A DNA stretch of 64,000 nt from Pirellulales bacterium. GTDB lineage: Bacteria > Planctomycetota > Planctomycetia > Pirellulales > JAICIG01. Position numbers and translations under genes: made by a program. The notes below the pieces were generated by a model, which was not told the origin of the DNA, ran no database searches, and saw nothing but the letters and a program-made list of their open reading frames with translations. Position 1 is the first letter of the stretch, and each line of letters starts with the position of its first letter. Of this stretch, positions 45,620 to 54,753 are shown in pieces. The stretch covers positions 1,392 to 65,391 of the forward strand of contig DATFDL010000776.1 of the NCBI GenBank assembly GCA_035252155.1, in the 5' to 3' direction.

Positions 45620-47248
45620 TCACACCGCCTGACCCGCTCCTCGGGCTGCGTGGCGCTCGATGGCCGCCGCCACAAAACCGGCAAAGAGCGGATGCGCGGC
45701 GGTCGGTTTGCTCTGAAATTCGGGGTGAAACTGCACCGCCACAAACCACGGATGGCCGGGCAACTCGATGATCTCGACCAACGCGCCGTCGGGGCTGGTG
45801 GCCGCCACCGACAGGCCATGCGCCTCGAACTGCTGCCGGTAGACGTTGTTGAACTCGTACCGATGCCGGTGCCGCTCGCGAATGGTGGGCGTGCCGTAGC
45901 AGGCGGCCGCGCGGCTCGCGGCCTCGAGCATGGCCTGTTGCGATCCCAACCGCATCGTGCCGCCCTTGTCGATAATCGACTTTTGCTCGTCGAGCAGGCA
46001 GATCACCGGGTGCGGCGTGTCTTTGCTGAACTCGGTGGAATGCGCCCCGGCCAGCCCGACCACGTTCCGCGCAAACTCGATCACCGCGCACTGCATGCCC
46101 AGGCAGATGCCCAGAAAAGGCACGTCGCGCTCACGGGCAAAGCGGATGGCCTCGACCTTGCCTTCGATGCCCCGCTCGCCAAAGCCGCCGGGCACGATCA
46201 GCCCGTCGTAGCCCGACAGCAGCCGTTCGGGCCCCTCGCGCTCGACCTCTTCGCTCTGGATGCGTTGCACGCGCACCTGGGCCAGGTTGGCGATGCCGGC
46301 ATGGTCGAGCGACTCGTAAATCGATTTGTAGGCGTCGCGATGCTCGGCGTATTTGCCCACCACGGCGATGCTGATTTCCTGCTCTGGGTTGCGCAGCCGA
46401 TGGAGCAGCTCGCGCCAATCGTCGAGCTCCAGCGGCCCGCAGGCCAATCCCAGCCGCCGCACAATCAGGTCGTCCAGCCGGTTTTGCACCAGGCTCAAAG
46501 GCACTTCGTAGATCGAAAAATCCTTGTCCTTTTCTTCGATCACCGCTTCGCTGGGCACATTGCAAAACAGGGCGATCTTTTCTCGGTCTTCGCGGCTGAT
46601 CGAGCGCTCGGTGCGGCAGATCAGCACGTCGGGCTGAATGCCGATCTCGCGCAACTGCCCCACCGAGTGCTGCGTGGGCTTGGTCTTCAGCTCGCCGGCC
46701 GCCTTGAGATACGGCACGAGCGTCAGGTGGATATAGAGGCAATTGTCTTTGCCCACGTCGAGCGAAAACTGCCGAATGGCCTCCAAAAACGGCTGGCTTT
46801 CGATGTCGCCCACGGTGCCGCCGATCTCGGTGATGACCACATCGACGTTTTCCGCGGCCAGCTTGCGGATGCAGTCCTTGATCTCGTTGGTGATGTGAGG
46901 AATCACCTGCACCGTCTTGCCCAGAAACTCGCCCCGCCGCTCCTTGTTGATGACTGACTGATAGATTTGCCCGGTGGTGTAGTTCGAGTCGCGGGTGAGC
47001 GGGCTGTGCGTGAAGCGTTCGTAGTGGCCCAGGTCGAGATCGGTCTCGCTGCCGTCGTCGAGCACATAGACTTCGCCGTGCTGATAGGGACTCATTGTGC
47101 CCGGATCGACGTTGATGTATGGATCGAACTTCTGCATCCGCACGCGCAGCCCACGTTGTTCGAGCAGCATGCCGATCGAAGCGCTGGTCAGTCCCTTGCC
47201 CAGCGAGCTGACCACGCCGCCGGTGACGAAGATGTGTTTGGTCATCAA
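45620..47248 (-). CDS. pyrG: CTP synthase
   Basis: [17 protein letters not shown]-terminus and the GATase motif [10 protein letters not shown]. 542 aa. Confidence 0.95.
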   Translation of the reverse strand: MMTKHIFVTGGVVSSLGKGLTSASIGMLLEQRGLRVRMQKFDPYINVDPGTMSPYQHGEVYVLDDGSETDLDLGHYERFTHSPLTRDSNYTTGQIYQSVINKERRGEFLGKTVQVIPHITNEIKDCIRKLAAENVDVVITEIGGTVGDIESQPFLEAIRQFSLDVGKDNCLYIHLTLVPYLKAAGELKTKPTQHSVGQLREIGIQPDVLICRTERSISREDREKIALFCNVPSEAVIEEKDKDFSIYEVPLSLVQNRLDDLIVRRLGLACGPLELDDWRELLHRLRNPEQEISIAVVGKYAEHRDAYKSIYESLDHAGIANLAQVRVQRIQSEEVEREGPERLLSGYDGLIVPGGFGERGIEGKVEAIRFARERDVPFLGICLGMQCAVIEFARNVVGLAGAHSTEFSKDTPHPVICLLDEQKSIIDKGGTMRLGSQQAMLEAASRAAACYGTPTIRERHRHRYEFNNVYRQQFEAHGLSVAATSPDGALVEIIELPGHPWFVAVQFHPEFQSKPTAAHPLFAGFVAAAIERHAARGAGQAV

Positions 47249-47260
47249 TACTTCCTGCTT

Positions 47261-47286
47261 CGTAGAACGGAATTCATTCCGTTTTC
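47261..47286. repeat. REP-like singlet, class B
   Basis: CGTAGAACGGAATTCATTCCGTTTTC, 13 nt upstream of the pyrG start. Confidence 0.8.
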
Positions 47287-47637
47287 CTCATGTATCGGCG
47301 TTGGCAAGCCACGCGGTGGGCCTTCTACCTCCGATCGTGGCCTATCCGCAGACCGAATGGCGAGTCAACGTCGGTTCAGCGACGACGATTGGATTTTTTG
47401 AGGCATGGCTCGGGTGTTCAATGGGCGACGCAAGCAATGCTGCCTTGGCGAAGTGATCCGCCCAGGCAGCGGCCGCCATTGACGCGCCCTTCGGCTTGGT
47501 TATCCCTTGTCGGGTTGCTTCCCAGCAGAGCCCGACTCCGTTTCACCAAGCGACCGCAGTATAGCGGAGCGCGGCCTTCGCATGCAACGAACTTAAGCGG
47601 GGGTAGTGCTCTAAACCTGTGTCCCTGACTGCGGTCG

Positions 47638-47817
47638 TCAACTGCGGTCTGATGCCGCCAATCCTTTGATGACCCATGCGGTCAATCCGACCGTAACGAC
47701 GACGATGACCGGATCAAGCGGGTACGGGTCACCATCGCGTTTCAGCACCGCTAGGTAAGCCCACGCGACGGCCATGAGGCACAACAACGTCTTCAAGCTG
47801 AACTGCGGGCGCGGCAT
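47638..47817 (-). CDS. Small membrane protein (59 aa) with N-terminal PQFSLK motif; not in ORF track
   Basis: My translation gives MPRPQFSLKTLLCLMAVAWAYLAVLKRDGDPYPLDPVIVVVTVGLTAWVIKGLAASDRS. The length is just below the apparent ~60-aa cutoff of the track. It is the third member of a tandem trio. Confidence 0.45.
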   Translation of the reverse strand: MPRPQFSLKTLLCLMAVAWAYLAVLKRDGDPYPLDPVIVVVTVGLTAWVIKGLAASDRS

Positions 47818-47823
47818 GGGCTA

Positions 47824-47979
47824 TCATCCCGGACCAACTGGACCAAACGGCTGAAACCAGAGCACTCTTGCGAACGGGTAGATGATGGCTGCGATGCACG
47901 CCGCCGCTGCGGCGATTATTAGCCACGCTGCCAGCCACGAGTAGACTGCCCGCAAGCTGAATTGAAACCGTCGGTTCAT
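47824..47979 (-). CDS. Small membrane protein (51 aa) with N-terminal RFQFSLR motif
   Basis: MNRRFQFSLRAVYSWLAAWLIIAAAAACIAAIIYPF... The ATG at 47979 overlaps the upstream stop (ATGA). Confidence 0.45.
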   Translation of the reverse strand: MNRRFQFSLRAVYSWLAAWLIIAAAAACIAAIIYPFARVLWFQPFGPVGPG

Positions 47980-48497
47980 GGCCCTTGCTCGGACGGCTGG
48001 GGCCAGACAAGCCAGTGGACCGCAGCGCAGAGAAGGCCATTGAAGATTGCCAGGCACCAAATCGGCGGCAGTCCGGCTCTTAGCTGAGTGGCGAGATACT
48101 CGACTGCAAGTGCCCACGACGGCGGGTTGCAAAATGATCCCTCCAAGAAAACGTAGTAATGCAAGAGTGCGAAAAGGCCTCCCGTGCCGGCCGGAATCGC
48201 TGCGCCAATCCAGAACGTGCGTGATTTACCAATCGTCAGGGTGGCTGCGACGATCGCGAGAGAACAGGGCAGGAATGCCATCGCATTAAGTGCTATAGCC
48301 GCCACCAAATTCGATTTGGAGGTACCACCCCACGCCGCCGTCGCAATCACCGCTGTCCAGACGAGGAGCAGGCGAATCGAGAACTGAAACCGTTGGGTCG
48401 TGAGTAGTATTATAGACGGTTCTGGGGCGCATAAAATAGCCGCCCTATTCAGGGCGGCTAGTGGACGCTTCTCTCGTTTATTGGCGCTGCGCCCCAT
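47976..48497 (-). CDS. Membrane protein (173 aa) with RFQFSIR motif
   Basis: ...TTQRFQFSIRLLLVWTAVIATAAWG... followed by four or more hydrophobic helices. Confidence 0.5.
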   Translation of the reverse strand: MGRSANKREKRPLAALNRAAILCAPEPSIILLTTQRFQFSIRLLLVWTAVIATAAWGGTSKSNLVAAIALNAMAFLPCSLAIVAATLTIGKSRTFWIGAAIPAGTGGLFALLHYYVFLEGSFCNPPSWALAVEYLATQLRAGLPPIWCLAIFNGLLCAAVHWLVWPQPSEQGP

Positions 48498-48574
48498 TGA
48501 ACGCCCGAGCTATGCCTGAGAAAATCCACCGTTGCATCGCCGACTTGCTCAAATCCTGTCAGTTCGGCGGCCAA

Positions 48575-48599
48575 AGAACGGAATGAATTCCTTTCTACG
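48575..48599. repeat. REP-like singlet, class B
   Basis: AGAACGGAATGAATTCCTTTCTACG. It contains the kdsB stop codon. Confidence 0.75.
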
Positions 48600-49350
48600 T
48601 CACGCGCCGCCGTTGTCGATCGACAAACGCCGCATAGTCCTGGGGCGTATCGATGCCCAGCGTGGCGTGCGGAACTACGGCGACCGCGATCGAATGCCCG
48701 GCTTGCAGCACGCGCAGTTGCTCCAGTTTTTCGATTTGTTCCAGCGGCGACGGCGGCATCGCGGCCAGCGATAGCAAGAAATCACGCCGATAGGCATAGA
48801 GGCCAATGTGCTGCAAGAAATGCGGAGGGTCGGCTTCCAGCAGCCGGTCGTCCCACTTACGAGCGTGCGGAATGGGGCTGCGGCTGAAGTAGAGTGCCCG
48901 GCCCGAAGTGTCGAACACCACCTTGACGCAGGCCGGGTCGAGCAGTTTATCGCGTTGGCGGATGGGCGTGGCGAGCGTGGCCATCATTACGTCGGGCCGC
49001 GATTCGAGCAATTCGACGGCCGCGTCGATCGACTGGCCTTCCAGCTCCGGTTCGTCGCCTTGTACATTGACCACCAAGTCGACATCGGTCATGCGCCGGG
49101 CGACCTCGGCCACGCGGTCGGTGCCACTGGGGCAATCAGGGCTGGTCATTTCGGCAATGCCGCCGAACGAGCGCACTTCGGCGGCGATTTCTTCGTGATC
49201 GGTGGCCACGCAGACGCCGCTCGGCCACCGGGCCCGCCGGGCGGCCTCATAGGTATGCTGAATGAGCGATTTACCGGTCTCGCGCAGCAGCAGCTTTCGC
49301 GGCAGCCGCGTCGACGCCAGCCGGGCAGGAATGATGATAACGCTGTTCAT
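48595..49350 (-). CDS. kdsB: 3-deoxy-manno-octulosonate cytidylyltransferase (CMP-KDO synthetase)
   Basis: MNSVIIIPARLASTRLPRKLL and VVNVQGDEP motifs. Start trimmed to ATG 49350. Confidence 0.9.
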   Translation of the reverse strand: MNSVIIIPARLASTRLPRKLLLRETGKSLIQHTYEAARRARWPSGVCVATDHEEIAAEVRSFGGIAEMTSPDCPSGTDRVAEVARRMTDVDLVVNVQGDEPELEGQSIDAAVELLESRPDVMMATLATPIRQRDKLLDPACVKVVFDTSGRALYFSRSPIPHARKWDDRLLEADPPHFLQHIGLYAYRRDFLLSLAAMPPSPLEQIEKLEQLRVLQAGHSIAVAVVPHATLGIDTPQDYAAFVDRQRRRVT

Positions 49351-49355
49351 GGCAA

Positions 49356-49435
49356 TGTAGCTCCGACACTCCGTGGCGGAGGTTCCGGTCGCCAAGGGCG
49401 ACCGCGATCCCCGTCACGGAGTGCCGGGGCTACTG
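49356..49435. repeat. REPIN-like doublet, class C (GTAGCTCCGACACTCCGTGGCGGAG)
   Basis: TGTAGCTCCGACACTCCGTGGCGGAGG - GGTCGCCAAGGGCGACC - CGTCACGGAGTGCCGGGGCTAC. Confidence 0.8.
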
Positions 49436-49717
49436 TGTCGGCTGCGCCGACCTATGTTCCGCAATGGCTTGCGGCGCTGAGCGAGCCATTTTTGAAACGA
49501 TTGCTGGCTCTCGGCGGATGGTTGGCCGGCGAGCAGATTTTCGACGCTCAGCCGCCGAAGGGCTCATTCCAGCGTTCTAATAATGTCGGCATCTGCCGAT
49601 GCTACGCGATAGGTCGTGGGCAGACAAGCTCGGCAACGAACGGGCGGCTAGTTTCAGTGCATCGACGCGGTGGTGCGCCTTCTATGTCTTCTCTGGGAAT
49701 CAAGCTATCCTACTGAT

Positions 49718-49954
49718 ATGGAGCTACCCATCCAATTCCCGAATGACGCCGATGTCATCGCCGAAGAGGCTGAGCGCTTCCGGGCGCTCTCTCCTGTAGA
49801 GCGGATGCGGGTCATCGCCGACTTGTTAAACGCCGGCGAACAACTGATGAAGCTCTCGCCAAAGGCTGAGTTTCTGCGGCAATACACGCAGAAGCAAGAG
49901 GAACTTGCCCAGCAAGCATTCAAAGAATTTATCGCCAGACACACCCCACGATGA
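49718..49954 (+). CDS. Hypothetical small protein (78 aa)
   Basis: MELPIQFPNDADVIAEEAERFRALSPVERMRVIADLL... No recognised family. Confidence 0.3.
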   Translation: MELPIQFPNDADVIAEEAERFRALSPVERMRVIADLLNAGEQLMKLSPKAEFLRQYTQKQEELAQQAFKEFIARHTPR

Positions 49955-50173
49955 ATCATCATGGAGCCGGTTGAAGGACCTCCGCGAGTGGTCGAACCTA
50001 GCCGATGGCGAGGACGTGCGAACGCGGTGGCTCGAAAGCGCCTTTGCGCGTTTGCTTCCGTCCGGTTGACCCGCGTTGCGCACCAGGCCGTAGCTCACTT
50101 CGCCAGAGTCGCGCCCTGCCCCGCGAGCTGCTGCCAGAATTCTCACGAATTCTGCTACGCACCGAGCGGCGTT

Positions 50174-53032
50174 TCAACTTCCCAGCCTCAACCCCCGCGG
50201 TAGGCTTTCGCCAAACATCAAGCCGGCTTCCGATTCTTCGAGCGCGCCGCCCACCGCCACCAGCTCGCGATAATGGGCCGGTGCGTCGCGGCGCTCAAGC
50301 CATGCGATGGCGCGCTCGCGCAACTTGTCGGAGAGATCGCGATAGCGGTCTTCCGTGCGGCGGGCAAGCTGCACGATCGAAAAGGCGACCGCTTCTTCGG
50401 GCAGCCCGGCGTCGATCAACCATTCCAGCCAGCGGGCCGCCGCATCGGCCGGTGTTACCGTATTCAGGGGGCCGTACATCGGCACGCGGGCGCCTAGCCG
50501 GCCCAAGGCCCACACGGCCGCGTCGCGCACCGCCCCGACTTTTTCGCGTTCGGCCAAAGGTAGGAGTAGATCGCCCAACTCGACCTTGACTGGCACCGGC
50601 AGCAGTTCGAGCGAGCCGAGCAACCGCCAGGCCTCGGCCGCCTCGTGCGAGGTCGAGCCTAAGTCGGGCTTGCGCATCTTGGGCCGGTTCGAGGGTCGCA
50701 ATGCGGCCAAGAGCGGCTCGGCCAAGGCTCGCTGCTGCCCGGCGTTCAGTCCGCCCGCAATCCGCCGCCACAGAATCAACCACTCCGTGCGGCAGGCCGG
50801 AGTGTGATGAATGCGTTTGCCTTGCAGAAGCTTCCAGGTCTGGGCAACCCGCCAATCGTCGACCGCCAGCCCGTAGCCGGGCCGCAGCGAAAAACCCAGC
50901 AGATAGAGCCACCGCAGCTCGTGCTCGGCCGTGCGTCGGCGGCCGGCTTCGATGTTGATCAGCGTTTCCCAAAAACCGCGTAAAAGCGTCATTGGCCAAT
51001 CGCGGCGTTTGAGCTCGGTGGTTTCTTCCAGCCGCTTGACCAAGCTCGCGGGGGCGGGCGGTGGCCCGTCGGGCAAAAAGATCCCGCAGATGACTCGCCG
51101 ACAGGCTTGTATCACCGCTTCGTCCAGAACGCCCTCGGTCTCGCCCGACCCACGATGCGCCGCACGGTCGGTCTCGGTCGCCGCGCGAACGTCGAATTGC
51201 AGCCGCCAGGTGCGCGGGCCATCGGCTTCGCCGCACCAGAGGTCGAGCGTGCCGATCTCGGTCAACCGGGCATGCAGCTCGACCGAGATAAAACCGCTCG
51301 GCCCTTTTTTGCCCGCTTCGAGCACCGTGCGAATTGGCGGCAACGATGTCATCTGTTCGGGATCGACGGTCAACAAATCGCCGGGCCGGTCGGTCAGCCG
51401 CGTGCTCGAAACGTAAATTGGAAATTCGACCGGCTGCCGAATGGCCAGCTCGAACCGCCGTTGCGAAAGATCGATTTCCGCTCCTTCTTCCACCCCGGCG
51501 GGAACCAGGCAGACGGCTGATGGCCGATCGCCCGCCGCGTCTTCGACGCCGATGTAATAGGTGCGTGCCAGCCCAGCCGAAATGCGTACGCCCAACCCTC
51601 GCCGAACCAGCCCGTAATAGGCGGCGCCTTGGGCCACCGCCAAGTCGAGCCGGGCGTTTTCTAAAATGCGCGGTTGCCACGGCTGTCTCCGCCACGGAGT
51701 GTCGGAGCTACTTTGGTCGGAGCCGCCCTCGAACCATGAGCCGAGCACTTCCAGCAGCCGGCCACGGAGCACGGGCGAGGCAAAAAAGCCGCCGTTGAAC
51801 AGCACCAAGTCGGGACGGGCGGGATCGTGATCGCCGGAGACCGCGGCATCTCCGTCGAGCGCCACCTGGCGATGGGCCGAAAGAAACGACGCCAGATACT
51901 TGGTGATCGCCGGGTCGGGGGCGAAGGGCAGTCCGAACTCTTGAAACCCGCTGCGCCGCGCGGCCGGCTTGTCGTCGAGCGCCACGCGGGGCAAAAATCC
52001 TTCGAGCAACAGTTGCTCGACCTCTGCCCGCGTCACATCGACCTGAAGGCCGCCGCCGATCAGCTTCGCTCCGCTGCCGGGCAGGTTGACGGTCAAGTGT
52101 TCCGGAGCGTCGGCGCCCAGCAGCGTTTCTTTCACGCGGCGGCAACTGCGGACGAGCACGGCCCATTGCCGCGGCTCGAGCTTGCCGTCGCCGGTCAGCT
52201 TGCGTTCGATGTGGTGGGCCAAGGCCAAATCGAGATTGTCGCCGCCCAAGATCAGGTGCTCGCCGACGGCCACGCGGTGAAACATCACTTTGCCCGCTTC
52301 GCCCCGACGGACGCGAATCAACGTGAAATCCGAAGTGCCGCCACCGATGTCGCAGACCAGAATCTTTTGGCCCGGCGTGACTTGCTCTTGCCAGCGGTCG
52401 CCCTGCGCGTCGATCCAGGCGTAAAAGGCGGCTTGCGGCTCTTCGATCAGCACCACCCGCGGCAAGCCCGCCAGCCGGGCCGCCCGTACCGTCAACTCGC
52501 GGGCCACTTCATCGAACGACGCCGGCAGTGTCAGCACCACGTCTTGCTCGGCCAACGGCTCTTGCGGAAAACGCGCGTCCCAGGCAGCGCGAATGTGTTC
52601 GAGATATCGCGCGCTGGCCTCGACCGGCGAAAGCCGCTCGACATCGGGCGCACCGTGCCACGGCAGCAGTTGCGCCGTCCGATCAACGCCCGGATGGCAA
52701 AGCCACGACTTGGCCGAGGCGATCAAGCGGCCCGGCACGCTCGTGCCATGATCGCGGGCAAAAAAGCCGACGGCGTAGTTGCGATCGCGCTCGCTCCAAG
52801 GCAAGGCCAAAGCCCCGGCGGCAAATTCGCCGGCCGCCGCTTCGTAATGGAACGACGGCAGCGTTTCACGAGCTTCGACCTCTGCCGGCGCCACAAGCTG
52901 TGGAAGGGGCAGCGTGTGGACGCGCGGCGGCGACTCTAAGGTATCGACATAGGCGACTGCCGAGTTGGTCGTGCCCAGATCGATGCCCACCAGGTAGCGA
53001 CTGAGTGTCTCGTGATTGTCGGGCGGACTCAT
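50174..53032 (-). CDS. Large Hsp70-like protein (952 aa) with about 350-aa helical C-terminal extension
   Basis: YLVGIDLGTTNSAVAYVD, ILVCDIGGGTSDFTLIRV and LVLFNGGFFASPV (actin-fold ATPase motifs), a beta-rich SBD-like middle, and a long Leu/Arg/Trp-rich helical tail. Confidence 0.8.
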   Translation of the reverse strand: MSPPDNHETLSRYLVGIDLGTTNSAVAYVDTLESPPRVHTLPLPQLVAPAEVEARETLPSFHYEAAAGEFAAGALALPWSERDRNYAVGFFARDHGTSVPGRLIASAKSWLCHPGVDRTAQLLPWHGAPDVERLSPVEASARYLEHIRAAWDARFPQEPLAEQDVVLTLPASFDEVARELTVRAARLAGLPRVVLIEEPQAAFYAWIDAQGDRWQEQVTPGQKILVCDIGGGTSDFTLIRVRRGEAGKVMFHRVAVGEHLILGGDNLDLALAHHIERKLTGDGKLEPRQWAVLVRSCRRVKETLLGADAPEHLTVNLPGSGAKLIGGGLQVDVTRAEVEQLLLEGFLPRVALDDKPAARRSGFQEFGLPFAPDPAITKYLASFLSAHRQVALDGDAAVSGDHDPARPDLVLFNGGFFASPVLRGRLLEVLGSWFEGGSDQSSSDTPWRRQPWQPRILENARLDLAVAQGAAYYGLVRRGLGVRISAGLARTYYIGVEDAAGDRPSAVCLVPAGVEEGAEIDLSQRRFELAIRQPVEFPIYVSSTRLTDRPGDLLTVDPEQMTSLPPIRTVLEAGKKGPSGFISVELHARLTEIGTLDLWCGEADGPRTWRLQFDVRAATETDRAAHRGSGETEGVLDEAVIQACRRVICGIFLPDGPPPAPASLVKRLEETTELKRRDWPMTLLRGFWETLINIEAGRRRTAEHELRWLYLLGFSLRPGYGLAVDDWRVAQTWKLLQGKRIHHTPACRTEWLILWRRIAGGLNAGQQRALAEPLLAALRPSNRPKMRKPDLGSTSHEAAEAWRLLGSLELLPVPVKVELGDLLLPLAEREKVGAVRDAAVWALGRLGARVPMYGPLNTVTPADAAARWLEWLIDAGLPEEAVAFSIVQLARRTEDRYRDLSDKLRERAIAWLERRDAPAHYRELVAVGGALEESEAGLMFGESLPRGLRLGS
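51687..51711. repeat. Class C REP arm copy inside the Hsp70-like CDS
   Basis: CTCCGCCACGGAGTGTCGGAGCTAC is the exact reverse complement of 49357..49381 (25 nt). It encodes ..SSSDTPWRR.. in frame. Confidence 0.8.
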
Positions 53033-53850
53033 TCCGGAAATAACCGCTCTCGCAAGTCGGCCGTCAGCGGCGCGGCGTATTCGCTGATTTCAAACACCTC
53101 GGCATATTCAACCTGCCGGCCCCGCTGCTCGCCGTACCGCGCGATCAATTCGTCGCGATAACGGTCAGTCTGCAATCGAAGATAACCCAGATACCAATCG
53201 CGCAACCACTGTCGCCGGGTCGCCTCGCCATCGGGCACTTGCTCGGAGACACCCCGATTATACGGCAGCCACTCGAAGAACTGCGACGCATGGCAGGCCA
53301 GCATGTCGACGATCGTCTCGACATGCTCGTGCACATCGACCACCACGTCGCCCGAGAGCGGCGCGGGCTTAGTGAACCGGTCCGGCAGAAAGGCCACGAC
53401 GGGGTCGCGCCGCAATGCCGGCGCATCAGGAACCAGCGACGGCACCGTCACCAGGTAACAGGCGTCGCGCACCACGTCGCCCACGGCGCGATGATCGGGG
53501 TGATAGTCGTTGGTGCGGTGCGTCAGCACCAGGTCCGGCTGAAACGAGCGAATCTCGCGAATGACTTGCCAGCGCAGTTCGAGTGTCGGTTCGAGTCGGC
53601 CATCGGGGTTGTTCCAGACCTCGGCCTCAGCACCGATCACCGCCGCCGCGGCCCGTGCTTCGCGCCCGCGGCGCTCCGCGAGCTCCTTCCCGGAGATCAG
53701 GTGGTGGCCGGCATCGCCATTGGTGAGCGTCACGATTTTCACCCGATGCCCGCGGCGGCGATAGATCGCCGCCAGCCCACCCGCGTGAAACTCAGCGTCG
53801 TCAGGGTGGGCCACGAGCAATAGCAATCGCAGAGAAGTAGAATTCATCAC
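53029..53850 (-). CDS. PIG-L/LmbE-family deacetylase
   Basis: LLLVAHPDDAEFHAGG and YHPDHRAVG motifs. Its stop overlaps the Hsp70-like start by 4 nt. Confidence 0.8.
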   Translation of the reverse strand: MMNSTSLRLLLLVAHPDDAEFHAGGLAAIYRRRGHRVKIVTLTNGDAGHHLISGKELAERRGREARAAAAVIGAEAEVWNNPDGRLEPTLELRWQVIREIRSFQPDLVLTHRTNDYHPDHRAVGDVVRDACYLVTVPSLVPDAPALRRDPVVAFLPDRFTKPAPLSGDVVVDVHEHVETIVDMLACHASQFFEWLPYNRGVSEQVPDGEATRRQWLRDWYLGYLRLQTDRYRDELIARYGEQRGRQVEYAEVFEISEYAAPLTADLRERLFPE

Positions 53851-53959
53851 CCGAATGTGTTTGTATGATCGGTCTGCTTGTCTTAAGTTTAAAAATGGCC
53901 TATAATTGCGTCAATAAGACTGCTTCGGCGTCGCACTTCTGAAGGGACGAAAAGCAACC

Positions 53960-54265
53960 GTGAAGCACGAGTCCGCTCATCCAAGCACGCTTAATAACGC
54001 GACCTCCACAAACGGTGAGGCACTTGCTGAGAGATTGTCGGTGGCAATTCGGCTTTTGAACGATTCCATCGAAATCGATCCGGGCGTGCTGGGCGGAGTG
54101 CCGGTCGTTCGCGGCACGCGAGTCTCGGTAGCTCGGGTACTTGCAGAAATTGCTGACAATTCCAGTATTTCGGAAGTCGCGGACAATCTTGAGATTGACT
54201 CGCAACTGCTCAAGAATATCGTCGAGGGGTTTTCGATCAGTCTCGACCAGCCCCTCGCAGAATGA
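53960..54265 (+). CDS. DUF433-type antitoxin-like protein
   Basis: IEIDPGVLGGVPVVRGTRVSVARVLAEI, the DUF433 pattern. GTG start. Confidence 0.6.
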   Translation: MKHESAHPSTLNNATSTNGEALAERLSVAIRLLNDSIEIDPGVLGGVPVVRGTRVSVARVLAEIADNSSISEVADNLEIDSQLLKNIVEGFSISLDQPLAE

Positions 54266-54753
54266 ATCGAGTGCGGTTTGACGAATGTTTCACGAGCAAG
54301 CGAGTGAACGCTCTGTGCGAGGCGGAAGGAAAAGTTGCAGTCGATATCTTTCCACGGCGCTTGCGCAGCAAAGCGGTGAAAGACCTCGAAGTTGTCGAGC
54401 GATTTTTAGCATCGCAGTCAACTCTGGTGACGACCGACCATCGCCTACCCCTAAAGCAAGCGCAGCACATCCCCGATCATCATCCCGGAATCATCGTTGT
54501 TCGCAACAATGGGCCGCACACGCAGCGCGAGCGGGACATCGTAGAAGTTCTAGCACTTTTCAAGGCATGCGTGCCGCAATGGGAGCAGTTGACGTGGTTG
54601 AACTCGATCGTGGAGCTGTACCAAGATAGGGCCGAAGTGTATTCAATTAAAGCCGGAAAGCCGACACGGCCCGTCGTTGCTCAATTTGGTGATAGTGACT
54701 TTTTGACTTTGCTCTCGGATGCCTTAACCGCCAACCTGCAAAGGGGAAGCTGA
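54262..54753 (+). CDS. DUF5615/Mut7-C-like PIN-fold toxin-like protein
   Basis: RFDECF...KDLEVVERFLASQSTLVTTDHRL fits the DE...D...LxTxD pattern. It has a 4-nt ATGA overlap with the DUF433 gene. Confidence 0.45.
   Translation: MNRVRFDECFTSKRVNALCEAEGKVAVDIFPRRLRSKAVKDLEVVERFLASQSTLVTTDHRLPLKQAQHIPDHHPGIIVVRNNGPHTQRERDIVEVLALFKACVPQWEQLTWLNSIVELYQDRAEVYSIKAGKPTRPVVAQFGDSDFLTLLSDALTANLQRGS

Noticed and set aside
45443-46957. 504-aa plus-strand ORF
   Set aside because: It is antisense to pyrG (CTP synthase), which is unmistakable.
50295-51695. 466-aa minus-strand ORF in an alternative frame
   Set aside because: It lies entirely within the 952-aa Hsp70-like ORF, which carries the recognisable motifs. 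The composition is Arg-rich and junk-like.
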